Translations under genes and position numbers: made by a program | Part shown: piece by piece, positions 9,777 through 20,558 of the stretch | Layout: each line of letters starts with the position of its first letter | Numbering within the stretch: the stretch's first letter is position 1 | Notes under the pieces: model-generated | Databases searched by the model: none | What the model was told of the DNA's origin: nothing | The model's input: the letters and a program-made list of their open reading frames with translations, nothing else | Sequence record: SRR22947725_241 | Reading direction: 5' to 3' (one strand) | DNA length: 56,047 bases

Positions 9777-11042
9777 TTACGTGGTCGCGATTGTCGACGG
9801 CAACCACTGGCCTTGAACGAGAACACGCCGGGACGACGACCTTCGCAAGACATCCGACCAACTCGTTCCCTTTACCGCCATCAGATCGGCAGGCGCACCC
9901 CGACGCAGCACGCCATCCCAAGGGAGGCCAAGAACTCCAGCCGCCGCCGTGGTGAAAGGTGCCAAACCAAGGCGCTGCCACGGCAAAAGCTGAGTGAGTG
10001 GAATGGCAGCAGCCATCAACGACAGAGGATCGAAATCACCACAGGGGAACCACGGGTCGGCGACATTATCGCCAGCAACGGCCACCCGAACCCCCGAGCG
10101 TTGAAGTTGACGGATGGGAGCCTGAGGCCGCTTTAGAGGAGTGATGTCAGACCGTCGTTCCAGCAACCAGGCATTGGTCAGGGGTAGTGCAATCACCTGG
10201 AGATTGGCCAACATCATTCGCTCACCAAGGCGTTGCAAGGCAGCCTGAGGCAGAAGCGCAAGGCTGCTGGCATGACTACAGGTGATCGGCACCTCTACAG
10301 GACTGATCTGCAGAGCCCGAAGCAACTGCTTCACCCCTTGTGCCGGTGCATGGTCGGCCTCATCAATGTGCAAATCCACGGCAAGACCATGACGGTCAGC
10401 CAGGCGAAGCAACACCTGTAACTGCTGATCGATAGCTGGCCCACTCATCGATGGATCCAGCACACCGCCCAGTAACCCTCCGCACGTCGAGAGACGCTCG
10501 GCCATCGATTCCGCCTCAGCGCTCGTCCAGAAGGCAAGAGGTGCAAGAGCGACAAGTTGCAGCCCCACCCGACCATGCCAACGCCGTTGGAGAACCTGAA
10601 GCGCCTCCCAACTCGACTCAGCTCCAGGGCCACCAGTATCAATGTGGCTCCGTACAGCCCTCAACCCACACCTGAATGCTTGCTGCAGGGCCCGTTCACC
10701 GCGGGACAACACAACCTCGGTCGATCGAGATTGGTGCTCCACCAGATTGGCCTTTAAGGCTCCCTCATAGGTGCCAAGAAGATTGGGATGGTCTTGCCAA
10801 GTAAAGGTTTTATCGAGATGCACATGGGCATCAACGAACCGTGGCAGCACCACTTGCTCTGGTGACGATTGATCCGCATCCAGAGGTCGTACATCGTCTA
10901 AGACACCCTCTCGCCAGTGGAGCTGAACAGGGGTGAGGCCTTCCAGCGTGCAAGCCGGAACTCGATGCTGAGGAGACAACTCAAGCAATCCCCGCGGGAT
11001 CCAGGCTTGAAGAGAGTCGGACTGATGGAGGGCCTCACTCAC
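9777..11042 (-). CDS. codA: Cytosine deaminase-like amidohydrolase
   Basis: DAHVHLDK, RSHID, DLHIDE, CSHA and GDNVADPW metal-binding motifs; true substrate uncertain. Confidence 0.8.
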   Translation of the reverse strand: MSEALHQSDSLQAWIPRGLLELSPQHRVPACTLEGLTPVQLHWREGVLDDVRPLDADQSSPEQVVLPRFVDAHVHLDKTFTWQDHPNLLGTYEGALKANLVEHQSRSTEVVLSRGERALQQAFRCGLRAVRSHIDTGGPGAESSWEALQVLQRRWHGRVGLQLVALAPLAFWTSAEAESMAERLSTCGGLLGGVLDPSMSGPAIDQQLQVLLRLADRHGLAVDLHIDEADHAPAQGVKQLLRALQISPVEVPITCSHASSLALLPQAALQRLGERMMLANLQVIALPLTNAWLLERRSDITPLKRPQAPIRQLQRSGVRVAVAGDNVADPWFPCGDFDPLSLMAAAIPLTQLLPWQRLGLAPFTTAAAGVLGLPWDGVLRRGAPADLMAVKGTSWSDVLRRSSSRRVLVQGQWLPSTIATT

Positions 11043-11469
11043 GCCTCACACCCTGATTCGTTTCAGCCCGCAGGATGACAAACCGACCCGCCAACCCGAG
11101 GCTCAAAACCTCCACATCCGGGAGGCTCAAACCAGGCAGCAAGGCCCTAGCTCCAATTTCAGTCTGATAGAAGCTGCCCAGTCCAAAGTTCCAGCGCGTT
11201 GTGAATCGACCGGCCAAATCAGCAAGAGCCTCTCGCTGCGATTCCACAAGAGCGGAACAATCCTTGACCCATAACCGCAGCAACATCGACAACGCATTTT
11301 CATTGCACAGTTCCTCGGAAGCGAGCAGCACCAACTGATCACCGGCATGAGCCTCGTAATCATCAAAGGAAGGGTTGGTCCAAGCGAGCGCAAGGGCCCC
11401 CGCAACGCCAAAGCTCGCTGCGAGTAATGCCGTCACAGGCAGACGCTGACGAGTGAAAAAACGGAACAC
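11035..11469 (-). CDS. DUF4359-like membrane-anchored protein
   Basis: N-terminal TM helix followed by TNPS..DYE and a Cys pair, typical of this cyanobacterial family. Confidence 0.7.
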   Translation of the reverse strand: MFRFFTRQRLPVTALLAASFGVAGALALAWTNPSFDDYEAHAGDQLVLLASEELCNENALSMLLRLWVKDCSALVESQREALADLAGRFTTRWNFGLGSFYQTEIGARALLPGLSLPDVEVLSLGLAGRFVILRAETNQGVRRE

Positions 11470-11510
11470 CTGGTGAGCCGTGGCACGAATTGGTAGATTC
11501 TTACCGACAC

Positions 11511-11584
11511 GGCGGGTGTCGCCAAGTGGTTAAGGCAGCGGCTTGTGGTGCCGCCATCCGGGGGTTCGAATCCCCTCATCCGCC
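11511..11584 (+). tRNA. tRNA-His(GTG)
   Basis: G-1 plus GCGGGTG/CATCCGC acceptor stem; anticodon arm GCGGC-TTGTGGT-GCCGC; GTTCGAATC T-loop. Confidence 0.97.
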
Positions 11585-11952
11585 CTCAACTTTTTTGTTC
11601 AGGACCTCGGTGGCCTCAACCCGTTTGGTTGGCAGGCACTCACGGTTCAAGTCCAAAATGAACACATCAATGCGGACCAGATCAGAGGATGGGGGCAGGA
11701 TGTGATCTTGAATCCATCGTTGAAGCAACCCTCTAAAATAAAAAAGGGGGGAGAGTCAATCAAGACCATGGTCGCTATGAGGGCAATATTCTTGAAATCA
11801 ATTGATGACGTGAAGGGTTAATCACTCCCATCAATTCAAACAACGAAGAATTCCCAATCCGATCAAAAGACGTCAATATTAAATATTCATATACTTTCGT
11901 ACCTGAGAACGGCCGCTCCGATCAGTATTGTTTCGTATAAAAACTTGGCAAC

Positions 11953-14430
11953 ATGGGTTCGCTTAATTTTGGCGTTCTTGGCGATCACGGTGATTACCGC
12001 ATTAATGGATCACGTTTCTATTACAATCCCGGAGCAGGCTGGTCTGGAATTAATAGGAATTACAGCACTGGACCAGCTTTAACCACCGTTGCCAACATGG
12101 TTAAAACCATGGGGAGCGAGATCGTTTCACTTGGAGATAATTCATACGTATCAGGAGCAAGTAGCTTAATTGATGAAATCAATGGTCGACATTTTAATGA
12201 ATTCATGGCTCCATATCCGTCGCCAAAATTGACGGACAAAAATGGGGCCTATCGCAACGACGCTGGCGTCAAAGTATGGCCCTATGACCTTTACAATTAT
12301 CCCAACGGTTTTCGCAATCCTTCCACCGGTGGTCCCGGGGGAAGCAGCGACTCAATCAATCATTTTTGGCCAACAATCGGAAATCACGACTATGGCCTGA
12401 GAATTGGCTATGGAGAAGTGAATACATCAATCGGGGTGATTCCTCGAGGGACACCTGCGGCCCAAAGTTCAACCCCAGTACCACAACCCTATCTCGATTA
12501 TCACCCCTGGCTCGCAGATTCAAACCTTGCCGGCATAGGGAAGGGCGCGCCAACAATCAAAACCGGAAAAGCCGATGGATCAGCCAACTCGGGAATCTTT
12601 TATTCCGTTGAACTTGGCACACAAGAAAACGGATCACCATTAATTGAAGTCTTTGCTCTCGACACCCCGAGACTATTTCTGAATGCAGCAATCTACAACG
12701 TCTTCACCGATGGCTATGGCCCCAACAACACAGCTCTAGAGACAAAAATAAAAGACAATTATAATTACGACCCAAGCAAACCTTTTATATCAGACAGTTC
12801 GACTGCAGCAGTTTTAACCTCAGATGCTGCCAATGGTCAGGCACAATTTAATTGGTTAAAACAAGGTCTTTCAGATTCTCAGGCGAAGTGGAAGATCATT
12901 ACGGGACATCATCCAGCTTATTCATCCGGAGAATTTGGAAAATCAAGAATCGATGACCATGCCAGCACTCCGCTCATCCAAAAGCTCCTCAATGGTCTAC
13001 CTGAGGGATCTTTCGATGCTTACATTAACGGTCACTCTCATTACTATCAGCGTGTTCTAGAAGGGAATCAAAAAGGGATTGGCCAGGGAATTCCATTTAT
13101 TACAATTGGAAATTCTGGTCGTCATCTCTATCCAATCAACGAATCACGATACGGTGACAACGTTTATCACCCATTAAACCAAACATTCCTGTCATCCACG
13201 GACAGCAACAAACGGGACAATAAACGCTTTAATCGCTTTGCTAACAAATACCTACTTCGCTCAAATCCAGAAACCGTAGGCATCTCAGGAGGCAACCTAA
13301 CGCTCAACGAGGATGGAGATGTCACAGGTTTCAATACAGGAAGCTATGGATATGGCTTTGGCGCAATGGCATCAGAGGTCGAGGATGGAATGATTTTCTT
13401 TAATTACAAGCAACCGGATGACATTCTAGACCCAGCAATTGCAGAGAATCTCAAAAATTCAACACGAAATGCATCGTTAAAAGGCTGGGAAACTCTCACC
13501 AAAAAGGACTGGAAGCCAAGCATTAACGAAGGAATGACGTCCCAACAAGTGCTCGATCGAACAGCGCAGATTGAAATCACACTAGGGAAAGATGGATCAA
13601 TCAAACGCAGTACTATCTCCAATCCAGGGCAGGGATATATGACAAGTCAAGCAAAACAAAAACGAACAATTGTTGACTTTGAAATTCGCGGGAACGATGC
13701 CCTCGACGAACAAAATAGTGAGAACCCCAATCAATATGGAATCGTTCGCCTTACCTTCAGAAATGGTCAGCTCAAAAATACGTCCGTTATCAATGAAGGC
13801 ATCGGCTACACCTTTGCCATGCAAGCAGAGCGTTTCAGCAACCAACAACCCAAAAAAAATCTCAAACTTGGCATCCCTCTTAACCTTTCATTAGCCGAAA
13901 GTTGGTACGGCCAAACGCCCAATGATTACCAAGACTGGTACTTGATTACAGACACCAAAGCCAAAGCAGCATTCAACGCAGCTGGAGATTTAGAGGTGAT
14001 CATCACTCCAAAATCAACGCGTGCCAAACAGATCATTTCCAATCAACCACTGACCACCGGCTATTCCGGAAAGGGCTCTCAAAATAGCTTTTCCAAAGCG
14101 CAGGCCGGCAATGTGTCGATCGAACACGACGGGACGATTCTTGGCAGCGAAAAAATCATCGATGGAATTGCCACCTTTTCTGGTGACAATTTACCCGACG
14201 CAAAAGACAAAATAAATGTCACCTTTTCAGGCGACTCTTTGAGCTCATACCTCATCAATTACAAGCCATCGATTTCGAGCATCAACGTCAAACAATCATT
14301 TCGAAAAAACTCTTCGGATGATTCCACAAGTCCATCACCCAGCCAACTTTTGGACTCAGTGGCAGACAACATGATGCTTGGTTCCAACAGCCATGACAGC
14401 CACCACATCATTCACCCGGCTGATCTCTAG
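11953..14430 (+). CDS. Large calcineurin-like metallophosphoesterase (purple-acid-phosphatase-like) with a C-terminal Ig-like domain
   Basis: Motifs GDHGD, GDNSY, GNHDY, GHHP and GHSHYY in the correct order; AT-rich relative to flanks. Confidence 0.85.
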   Translation: MGSLNFGVLGDHGDYRINGSRFYYNPGAGWSGINRNYSTGPALTTVANMVKTMGSEIVSLGDNSYVSGASSLIDEINGRHFNEFMAPYPSPKLTDKNGAYRNDAGVKVWPYDLYNYPNGFRNPSTGGPGGSSDSINHFWPTIGNHDYGLRIGYGEVNTSIGVIPRGTPAAQSSTPVPQPYLDYHPWLADSNLAGIGKGAPTIKTGKADGSANSGIFYSVELGTQENGSPLIEVFALDTPRLFLNAAIYNVFTDGYGPNNTALETKIKDNYNYDPSKPFISDSSTAAVLTSDAANGQAQFNWLKQGLSDSQAKWKIITGHHPAYSSGEFGKSRIDDHASTPLIQKLLNGLPEGSFDAYINGHSHYYQRVLEGNQKGIGQGIPFITIGNSGRHLYPINESRYGDNVYHPLNQTFLSSTDSNKRDNKRFNRFANKYLLRSNPETVGISGGNLTLNEDGDVTGFNTGSYGYGFGAMASEVEDGMIFFNYKQPDDILDPAIAENLKNSTRNASLKGWETLTKKDWKPSINEGMTSQQVLDRTAQIEITLGKDGSIKRSTISNPGQGYMTSQAKQKRTIVDFEIRGNDALDEQNSENPNQYGIVRLTFRNGQLKNTSVINEGIGYTFAMQAERFSNQQPKKNLKLGIPLNLSLAESWYGQTPNDYQDWYLITDTKAKAAFNAAGDLEVIITPKSTRAKQIISNQPLTTGYSGKGSQNSFSKAQAGNVSIEHDGTILGSEKIIDGIATFSGDNLPDAKDKINVTFSGDSLSSYLINYKPSISSINVKQSFRKNSSDDSTSPSPSQLLDSVADNMMLGSNSHDSHHIIHPADL

Positions 14431-14487
14431 ACCAGCCGTACAACCCGACTTGATGTTTGTTGATCCGTCGTATCCGAGGATAGAGAG

Positions 14488-15906
14488 ATGACAGCGACAT
14501 CCCTCAAACCGTTAACCCCACCGTCTGAACCGGGACTGGATCAAATTCGTCGCAGCTATTGGATCACCACCTTTGGCTGCCAGATGAACAAGGCCGATTC
14601 CGAGCGAATGGCAGGAATCCTCGAGTCGATGGGGTACGACGAAGCGACGGGAGAATTCGACGCGGATTTGGTGCTTTACAACACCTGCACCATCCGAGAT
14701 AACGCCGAACAAAAGGTTTACAGCTATCTGGGTCGCCAAGCTCAGCGAAAACGGGACAACCCCAACCTCACCCTTGTGGTGGCGGGTTGCGTCGCACAAC
14801 AAGAAGGTGAATCGCTACTCCGTCGCGTGCCTGAGCTGGATCTCGTGATGGGACCGCAGCATGCCAATCGATTAGAGACCCTTCTTCAGCAGGTGGACAG
14901 CGGACAACAGGTTGTCGCCACAGAAGAACATCACATTCTTGAAGACATCACAACGGCCCGGCGCGACAGCGCCATCTGCGGCTGGGTCAATGTGATTTAT
15001 GGATGCAATGAACGCTGCACCTACTGCGTTGTTCCTTCGGTGCGCGGGGTGGAGCAATCCCGTCTTCCAGACGCAATCCGGCTGGAAATCGAAGGGCTGG
15101 CTGCCCAAGGATTCAAGGAAATCACCCTCTTGGGCCAGAACATTGATGCCTACGGCCGTGATCTACCGGGCATCACTCCAGAAGGTCGGCGGCAACACAC
15201 CCTGACAGACCTGTTGCATCAAGTGCATGACGTGGAGGGCATCGAACGGATCCGTTTTGCCACGAGCCATCCGCGATATTTCACGGAACGGCTGATCGAT
15301 GCCTGCGCCGATCTCCCCAAACTCTGCGAGCACTTTCACATCCCCTTTCAAAGCGGAGACAACGAGCTGCTGAAATCCATGGCCCGCGGTTACACCGTGG
15401 AGCGCTATCGAAGGATCATCGATCGAATCCGTCATCGGATGCCTGACGCATCGATCAGTGCTGATGTGATTGTGGGTTTTCCAGGCGAAACAGACGCCCA
15501 ATACCGACGAACCCTGGATCTCATCGACGAGATCGCCTTCGATCAGGTGAACACAGCCGCTTATTCACCAAGGCCAAATACCCCTGCTGCGACTTGGGAC
15601 AATCAGCTCCCAGAGGCCGTGAAGATCGAGCGGCTGAAGGAAATCAATGCGCTAGTTGAACGCAACGCCCGCGAACGCAATGCCCGTTATTTAGGTCGGA
15701 CAGAAGAGGTTCTCGCAGAGGGCATCAATTCCAAGGACGCTCAACAACTCATGGGTCGTACGCGCACCAACCGGCTCACCTTTTTCAGTGCCACATCGGC
15801 CGATGGGCATCACTACCAACCTGGTGATCTTGTGAACGTTCGCATCGATGCGGTGCGTTCCTTTTCTCTAAGTGGAACCCCCCTGCCCAGCAACCCAGTG
15901 CGCTGA
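14488..15906 (+). CDS. miaB: tRNA-2-methylthio-N6-dimethylallyladenosine synthase
   Basis: [15 protein letters not shown] radical SAM motif, C-terminal TRAM domain. Confidence 0.97.
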   Translation: MTATSLKPLTPPSEPGLDQIRRSYWITTFGCQMNKADSERMAGILESMGYDEATGEFDADLVLYNTCTIRDNAEQKVYSYLGRQAQRKRDNPNLTLVVAGCVAQQEGESLLRRVPELDLVMGPQHANRLETLLQQVDSGQQVVATEEHHILEDITTARRDSAICGWVNVIYGCNERCTYCVVPSVRGVEQSRLPDAIRLEIEGLAAQGFKEITLLGQNIDAYGRDLPGITPEGRRQHTLTDLLHQVHDVEGIERIRFATSHPRYFTERLIDACADLPKLCEHFHIPFQSGDNELLKSMARGYTVERYRRIIDRIRHRMPDASISADVIVGFPGETDAQYRRTLDLIDEIAFDQVNTAAYSPRPNTPAATWDNQLPEAVKIERLKEINALVERNARERNARYLGRTEEVLAEGINSKDAQQLMGRTRTNRLTFFSATSADGHHYQPGDLVNVRIDAVRSFSLSGTPLPSNPVR

Positions 15907-15945
15907 TACGTTTGGCGCTCTTGTTTCACGGGTTCAGCCCAAGCC

Positions 15946-16998
15946 ATGGCGTCGCGCCCCACAACGGTTGGTCTTGTCTTTGGCGGGTGCTCCGGCGAGC
16001 ACGAGGTCTCCATTCGTTCAGCGGCCACCGTCATAGGTGGTCTACGCAGCGGCGACAATCGTCAGCGCTACCGCGTGATTCCTTTTTATATCGATCGGGA
16101 GGGTCGCTGGTGGGGGGAGGACTTAGCCGATCGAGTTTTGGCCACTCAAAAGCCAATCGATCAACCTGACTCCGTCGAGGCCAGAGGATTTAGAGGACTC
16201 CCAGAGGGCAGTGAAACCGTTCAGGTTTGGTATCCGGTTTTGCATGGACCCAACGGAGAAGACGGAACTGTTCAGGGCTTGTTTCAGCTGATGCGTCAAC
16301 CCTTCGTTGGTGCAGGAGTCCTTGGATCAGCTGTGAGCATGGACAAACTTGCGATGAAAGCAGCATTCGCAGGCGTTGGGCTGTCTCAAGTGCCCTACGT
16401 CGGACTCCATGCCTCCGATCTCCATGATTCAGCCCGTCGTGAACGCGTCTTGGAGCGGATCGAAGCCGAGCTGGATTACCCATGCTTTGTGAAACCAGCC
16501 AATCTCGGCTCTTCAGTAGGGATCAGCAAAGTGCACAACCGACATGAGCTGGAAGCAGGCCTAGACAAGGCGGCGCAACTCGATCCTCGGCTGGTGGTGG
16601 AGGAAGGCGTTAGCGCCAGAGAATTGGAGTGCGCTGTTTTAGGGCGTGATCAACTTCGATCGTCTGTTGTTGGAGAAGTGCGCTTCGATGCGGATTGGTA
16701 TGACTACACCACGAAATACACAGCGGGGCTGAGCACAACGGTGATCCCCGCTGAACTGCCAGATGGTGTGGCAGAGCGTGTTCAAAAGCAATCCCTAGAA
16801 GCCTGTGCTGCACTGGGTGTTATCGGAATGGCCCGCGTTGATTTTTTCTACGACAACACCAGCCAGCAACTCTGGATCAATGAGATCAACACCCTGCCCG
16901 GCTTCACAAGTCAGAGCATGTACCCCATGCTCTGGGAGGCCAGCGGAGTAACACTCGACCAGCTCGTGCACAAACTGGTTCAATCAGCGGGAGAATGA
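15946..16998 (+). CDS. ddl: D-alanine--D-alanine ligase
   Basis: [39 protein letters not shown]. Confidence 0.97.
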   Translation: MASRPTTVGLVFGGCSGEHEVSIRSAATVIGGLRSGDNRQRYRVIPFYIDREGRWWGEDLADRVLATQKPIDQPDSVEARGFRGLPEGSETVQVWYPVLHGPNGEDGTVQGLFQLMRQPFVGAGVLGSAVSMDKLAMKAAFAGVGLSQVPYVGLHASDLHDSARRERVLERIEAELDYPCFVKPANLGSSVGISKVHNRHELEAGLDKAAQLDPRLVVEEGVSARELECAVLGRDQLRSSVVGEVRFDADWYDYTTKYTAGLSTTVIPAELPDGVAERVQKQSLEACAALGVIGMARVDFFYDNTSQQLWINEINTLPGFTSQSMYPMLWEASGVTLDQLVHKLVQSAGE

Positions 16999-17020
16999 AC
17001 GCAGCGTCCCCACTGTCCCG

Positions 17021-17431
17021 ATGAGTCACGGACTGCTCTGGCTTCCACTGCTATTCGCCTTCGTCCTGTTGGCGTCCCTTGGTTGGTTGGAACGCCGTCG
17101 TCAGACCATGTTCCGCAGCTGGGCCAAGGGGTCAGAGCTCGCCAAACTTGATGGCAGCGGCGGAGCACAGCTCAGAAATGGGCAGCTGCAGTGGAGCAGC
17201 TTTGAAGCGGGTCGATTTCAAGATCAGGGAAGCTTCGATGTTTGCAAACTCGAATTGGTTGAACTCATGGCGCTCGCTTCGGGCGATGCACCCCTCACCG
17301 ATGAATCCCAAGGCCCCTGTCGCCTGAGACTGGTTGGCAAAGGGTTGCAGATGGATGTGCCGTTTGCCGATGCAGAACGGGCCAGAAACTGGGGAGCTCA
17401 ACTGATGGCACAAGCTCGCTGCGATCTTTGA
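17021..17431 (+). CDS. Conserved hypothetical membrane-anchored protein
   Basis: N-terminal TM helix; located between ddl and ftsQ. Confidence 0.75.
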   Translation: MSHGLLWLPLLFAFVLLASLGWLERRRQTMFRSWAKGSELAKLDGSGGAQLRNGQLQWSSFEAGRFQDQGSFDVCKLELVELMALASGDAPLTDESQGPCRLRLVGKGLQMDVPFADAERARNWGAQLMAQARCDL

Positions 17432-17446
17432 GCCCTGAGTCGTTCG

Positions 17447-17537
17447 CACTGTGTTTTGACACTGTGTTTTGACACCGTGTTTTGACACCGTGCTCCCTCA
17501 CCGTGAAATTCCACCGTGACGCCACACCGTGACACCC
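17447..17537 (+). repeat. Seven CAC(C/T)GTG cores at an exact 13-bp period; the last contains the ftsQ GTG start
   Basis: Cores start at 17447, 17460, 17473, 17486, 17499, 17512 and 17525. Confidence 0.9.
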
Positions 17538-18362
17538 CGTACTGAACGATCGGAACGCCCTCTCTCGCCGCAACTCGCGCGGCGCAGAGAACTACGTCGG
17601 CGCAAACGCCGAGAGCTTGCTGTTCAAACATGGCGCATTGTCATTTGTCTTTTGCTCGGCAGCGGCTTGGGGTGGTTGTTGCTGCGCCATGGATGGACCA
17701 TGGACAGCGTCGATCGGATTTTGATCAGCGGCGATTCAGGGCTAAGCGCCAAACAAGTGGCCCAATCGGGTCAGCTGTCCTTTCCCCAGCCGCTGTTTGC
17801 GATGAGTCCAACGGAGTTGGAGCGCCAGCTTCTCCGCGACCTGCCTGTGCAATCGGCGTCCGTAGAACGGCGCCTCCATCCAGCCCGCATCGAAGTTCAT
17901 TTGCTGCGACAAACGCCAGTCGCTCGCGCGACCCGGCAGCAGGCGGGATCACGGGAACGCGGAATGGTGGATGCCGACGGTGGTTGGATTCCACTCAGTC
18001 CCAGCTCAACAATGCCTATGCCGTTATCGGCCATCACGGTGCATGGCTGGAGGATTTCTCAACGACCTGCCATCGCCAAACTTCTTCAAGCTCGCGACCG
18101 ATTCCAGGGCAAGCTCCAAACCATCACGGTGCATCCCGCTGGAGCAATCAGCTTGCGCACAAGCAACACCGGTCGAATCGACCTTGGACAAGATCGCGGA
18201 CGATTGAATGAACAAATTGACGCCATCGTTCAACTGAGACAAAGCCTCCCTCCCCAATTGTTAAAGCCGAATCAGGGATACCTGGATCTCACAAATCCCG
18301 ACCGCCCCGAGCTTCAGCTACCCGTGATATCAGTTCCTCCCGAAACCGCTCCCACCCTTTGA
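17529..18362 (+). CDS. ftsQ: Cell division protein FtsQ/DivIB
   Basis: Basic N-terminus, single TM helix, POTRA-like domain, YLDL motif; directly upstream of ftsZ. Confidence 0.9.
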   Translation: MTPRTERSERPLSPQLARRRELRRRKRRELAVQTWRIVICLLLGSGLGWLLLRHGWTMDSVDRILISGDSGLSAKQVAQSGQLSFPQPLFAMSPTELERQLLRDLPVQSASVERRLHPARIEVHLLRQTPVARATRQQAGSRERGMVDADGGWIPLSPSSTMPMPLSAITVHGWRISQRPAIAKLLQARDRFQGKLQTITVHPAGAISLRTSNTGRIDLGQDRGRLNEQIDAIVQLRQSLPPQLLKPNQGYLDLTNPDRPELQLPVISVPPETAPTL

Positions 18363-18480
18363 ATGAGAAACGCTGCGAACCCTCAAAGTCGATCAACCTG
18401 TCTTTAGTTGAGGCTAATTCGAGCCAATAACAGCTCTCAGAGACATAATGCAGCCACACATCACTCAATCTGCCTAAGCG

Positions 18481-19593
18481 ATGGAGATGGCGAGCGGTCG
18501 GACCTCCCAAGAAAGTGCTGGGATTCAACCCAGCCAGTCGGCTCGCATCGAGGTGATCGGCGTCGGTGGTGGTGGAAGCAATGCGGTGAACCGCATGATC
18601 CTTAGCGATCTAGAAGGTGTCGCCTATCGCGTGTTGAATACTGATGCGCAAGCCCTCATCCAGTCGCAATCCAAAAACCGCTTACAACTCGGCCAAACCC
18701 TCACTCGAGGCTTGGGTGCTGGCGGCAACCCCACCATCGGACAAAAAGCCGCAGAAGAATCCCGTACGGATCTGCATGATTCGCTCCAAGGCGCTGATCT
18801 GGTGTTTATCGCGGCCGGCATGGGCGGCGGAACTGGAACGGGTGCTGCCCCCGTCGTCGCAGAAGTCGCCCGCGAAATTGGTGCCCTCACCGTTGGCATC
18901 GTCACGAAGCCGTTCAGCTTCGAAGGGCGTCGACGCATGCGCCAAGCCGATGAAGGTATTGCTCGACTTGCGGAGCATGTCGACACCCTGATTGTGATTC
19001 CGAACGATCGTCTACGAGATGCCATCGCCGGTTCGCCTCTTCAAGAAGCATTCCGAAGCGCTGATGACGTTTTGCGGATGGGTGTCAAAGGCATTAGCGA
19101 CATCATTACTTGCCCTGGCCTCGTCAACGTTGACTTTGCGGATGTCCGCTCGGTGATGACAGAAGCAGGCACAGCACTACTCGGCATTGGCATCGGGTCC
19201 GGTCGCTCCCGTGCGATCGAGGCAGCACAAGCGGCAATCGCCAGCCCACTTCTGGAAACAGAACGCATCGATGGAGCAAAAGGCTGCGTGATCAACATCA
19301 GCGGTGGCAAGGACATGACCCTTGAGGACATGACCACAGCCTCTGAAGTGATTTACGACGTGGTGGATCCTGAAGCCAACATCATTGTTGGTGCCGTCGT
19401 TGATGAAGCGCTTGAAGGAGAGATTCACGTCACCGTGATCGCCACAGGCTTCGAAAACAACAAGACCTATCGCTCTGAACGCACGAATCGCGTCTCAAGC
19501 AATCCTTTATCGCCGCAAATCGCGGAGGAAAATGGAGCCCGGATTCCTGAGTTTTTAAGACGTCGGCAACAGGAAACCGAAAACCAAAACTAG
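18481..19593 (+). CDS. ftsZ: Cell division protein FtsZ
   Basis: [19 protein letters not shown] tubulin signature, NVDFADV, IPEFLRR tail. Confidence 0.99.
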   Translation: MEMASGRTSQESAGIQPSQSARIEVIGVGGGGSNAVNRMILSDLEGVAYRVLNTDAQALIQSQSKNRLQLGQTLTRGLGAGGNPTIGQKAAEESRTDLHDSLQGADLVFIAAGMGGGTGTGAAPVVAEVAREIGALTVGIVTKPFSFEGRRRMRQADEGIARLAEHVDTLIVIPNDRLRDAIAGSPLQEAFRSADDVLRMGVKGISDIITCPGLVNVDFADVRSVMTEAGTALLGIGIGSGRSRAIEAAQAAIASPLLETERIDGAKGCVINISGGKDMTLEDMTTASEVIYDVVDPEANIIVGAVVDEALEGEIHVTVIATGFENNKTYRSERTNRVSSNPLSPQIAEENGARIPEFLRRRQQETENQN

Positions 19594-19605
19594 TGGCCAT
19601 TGTTT

Positions 19606-19705
19606 GGTGACCCGGAGTCCACGCCTGTTCTGAGCATCCCGTGTGGCTGCTACCTTCCGGTCCTGACCAAATTTAGGCGTCAGAACCGCATGGGTCCGAG
19701 TCACT
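19606..19705 (-). ncRNA. ffs: Signal recognition particle RNA (4.5S)
   Basis: Reverse complement contains TCAGGACCGGAAGGTAGCAGC (SRP domain IV) inside a long hairpin with complementary ends. Confidence 0.95.
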
Positions 19706-19745
19706 GCAATGCTAGCAATCTGGTGATGGGTAGACCAAAAGCTTC

Positions 19746-20558
19746 ATGCGACCGTTCGACCTGATCCGTTTCAAGCAGAGCGGACGCCAGATCACAATGC
19801 TGACGGCTTGGGATTGCTTGTCGGCGGCCCTCGTTGAGGCGGCTGGTGCCGACGTTGTTTTGGTGGGTGATTCTTTAGGAATGGTGGCGTTGGGCCATGC
19901 CACGACGCTGCCAGTCACCCTCGATCAGATGCTGCACCACACCCTGGCCGTGGCCAGAGGGTTTACGGCATCTCCTGATCGGCAGCCGCTGCTCGTTTGT
20001 GACCTGCCCTTCCTGAGCTATCAGTGCGGGCCAGACCTAGCTGTGGCAGCCGCAGGGAAACTACTCAAAGAATCGTCTGCCGCGGCTGTGAAATTAGAGG
20101 GGGCGGATCCCGAGATTGTTGCGGTGGTGGACCGGCTGGTTCGAATGGGCATCCCTGTCATGGGTCACTTGGGCTTAACGCCGCAAGCCGTGCATCGTTT
20201 GGGGTACAGACGCCAAGCCCTCGATCCAGTCAGTCAAGACCGTCTGATTGAACAAGCCAAAACCTTGGAAAAAACCGGCTGTTTTGCCCTTGTGCTGGAG
20301 CATATTCCCGCCGAACTAGCACTACGAGCAAGGCATGAGCTTGGTATTCCCGTGATCGGCATCGGCGCCGGAGACAACTGCGACGGGCAGGTGCGTGTCA
20401 CCGCTGATTTGCTTGGCATGACCCCACAGCAACCTCCGTTCAGCCCACCTTTGTTGAATGGACGCCAGCTCTTTATTGATGCTCTAACAGGCTGGATTCA
20501 GCAGCACCGCACTGGCTCTCCCACCACAACACCACCTCCAGCAGAACCCGATTGCTGA
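19746..20558 (+). CDS. panB: 3-methyl-2-oxobutanoate hydroxymethyltransferase
   Basis: [32 protein letters not shown]. Confidence 0.96.
   Translation: MRPFDLIRFKQSGRQITMLTAWDCLSAALVEAAGADVVLVGDSLGMVALGHATTLPVTLDQMLHHTLAVARGFTASPDRQPLLVCDLPFLSYQCGPDLAVAAAGKLLKESSAAAVKLEGADPEIVAVVDRLVRMGIPVMGHLGLTPQAVHRLGYRRQALDPVSQDRLIEQAKTLEKTGCFALVLEHIPAELALRARHELGIPVIGIGAGDNCDGQVRVTADLLGMTPQQPPFSPPLLNGRQLFIDALTGWIQQHRTGSPTTTPPPAEPDC

Noticed and set aside
11585-14487. Integrase-mediated element or Pho box at tRNA-His
   Set aside because: No integrase, no tRNA 3' duplication and no clear tandem Pho-box repeats. GTA-N8-TAT near 11925 is only a partial NtcA match.
17447-17537. CRISPR-like array (constant core with variable linkers)
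   Set aside because: The 7-bp repeats and 6-bp linkers are far too short, and there are no cas genes in the window.
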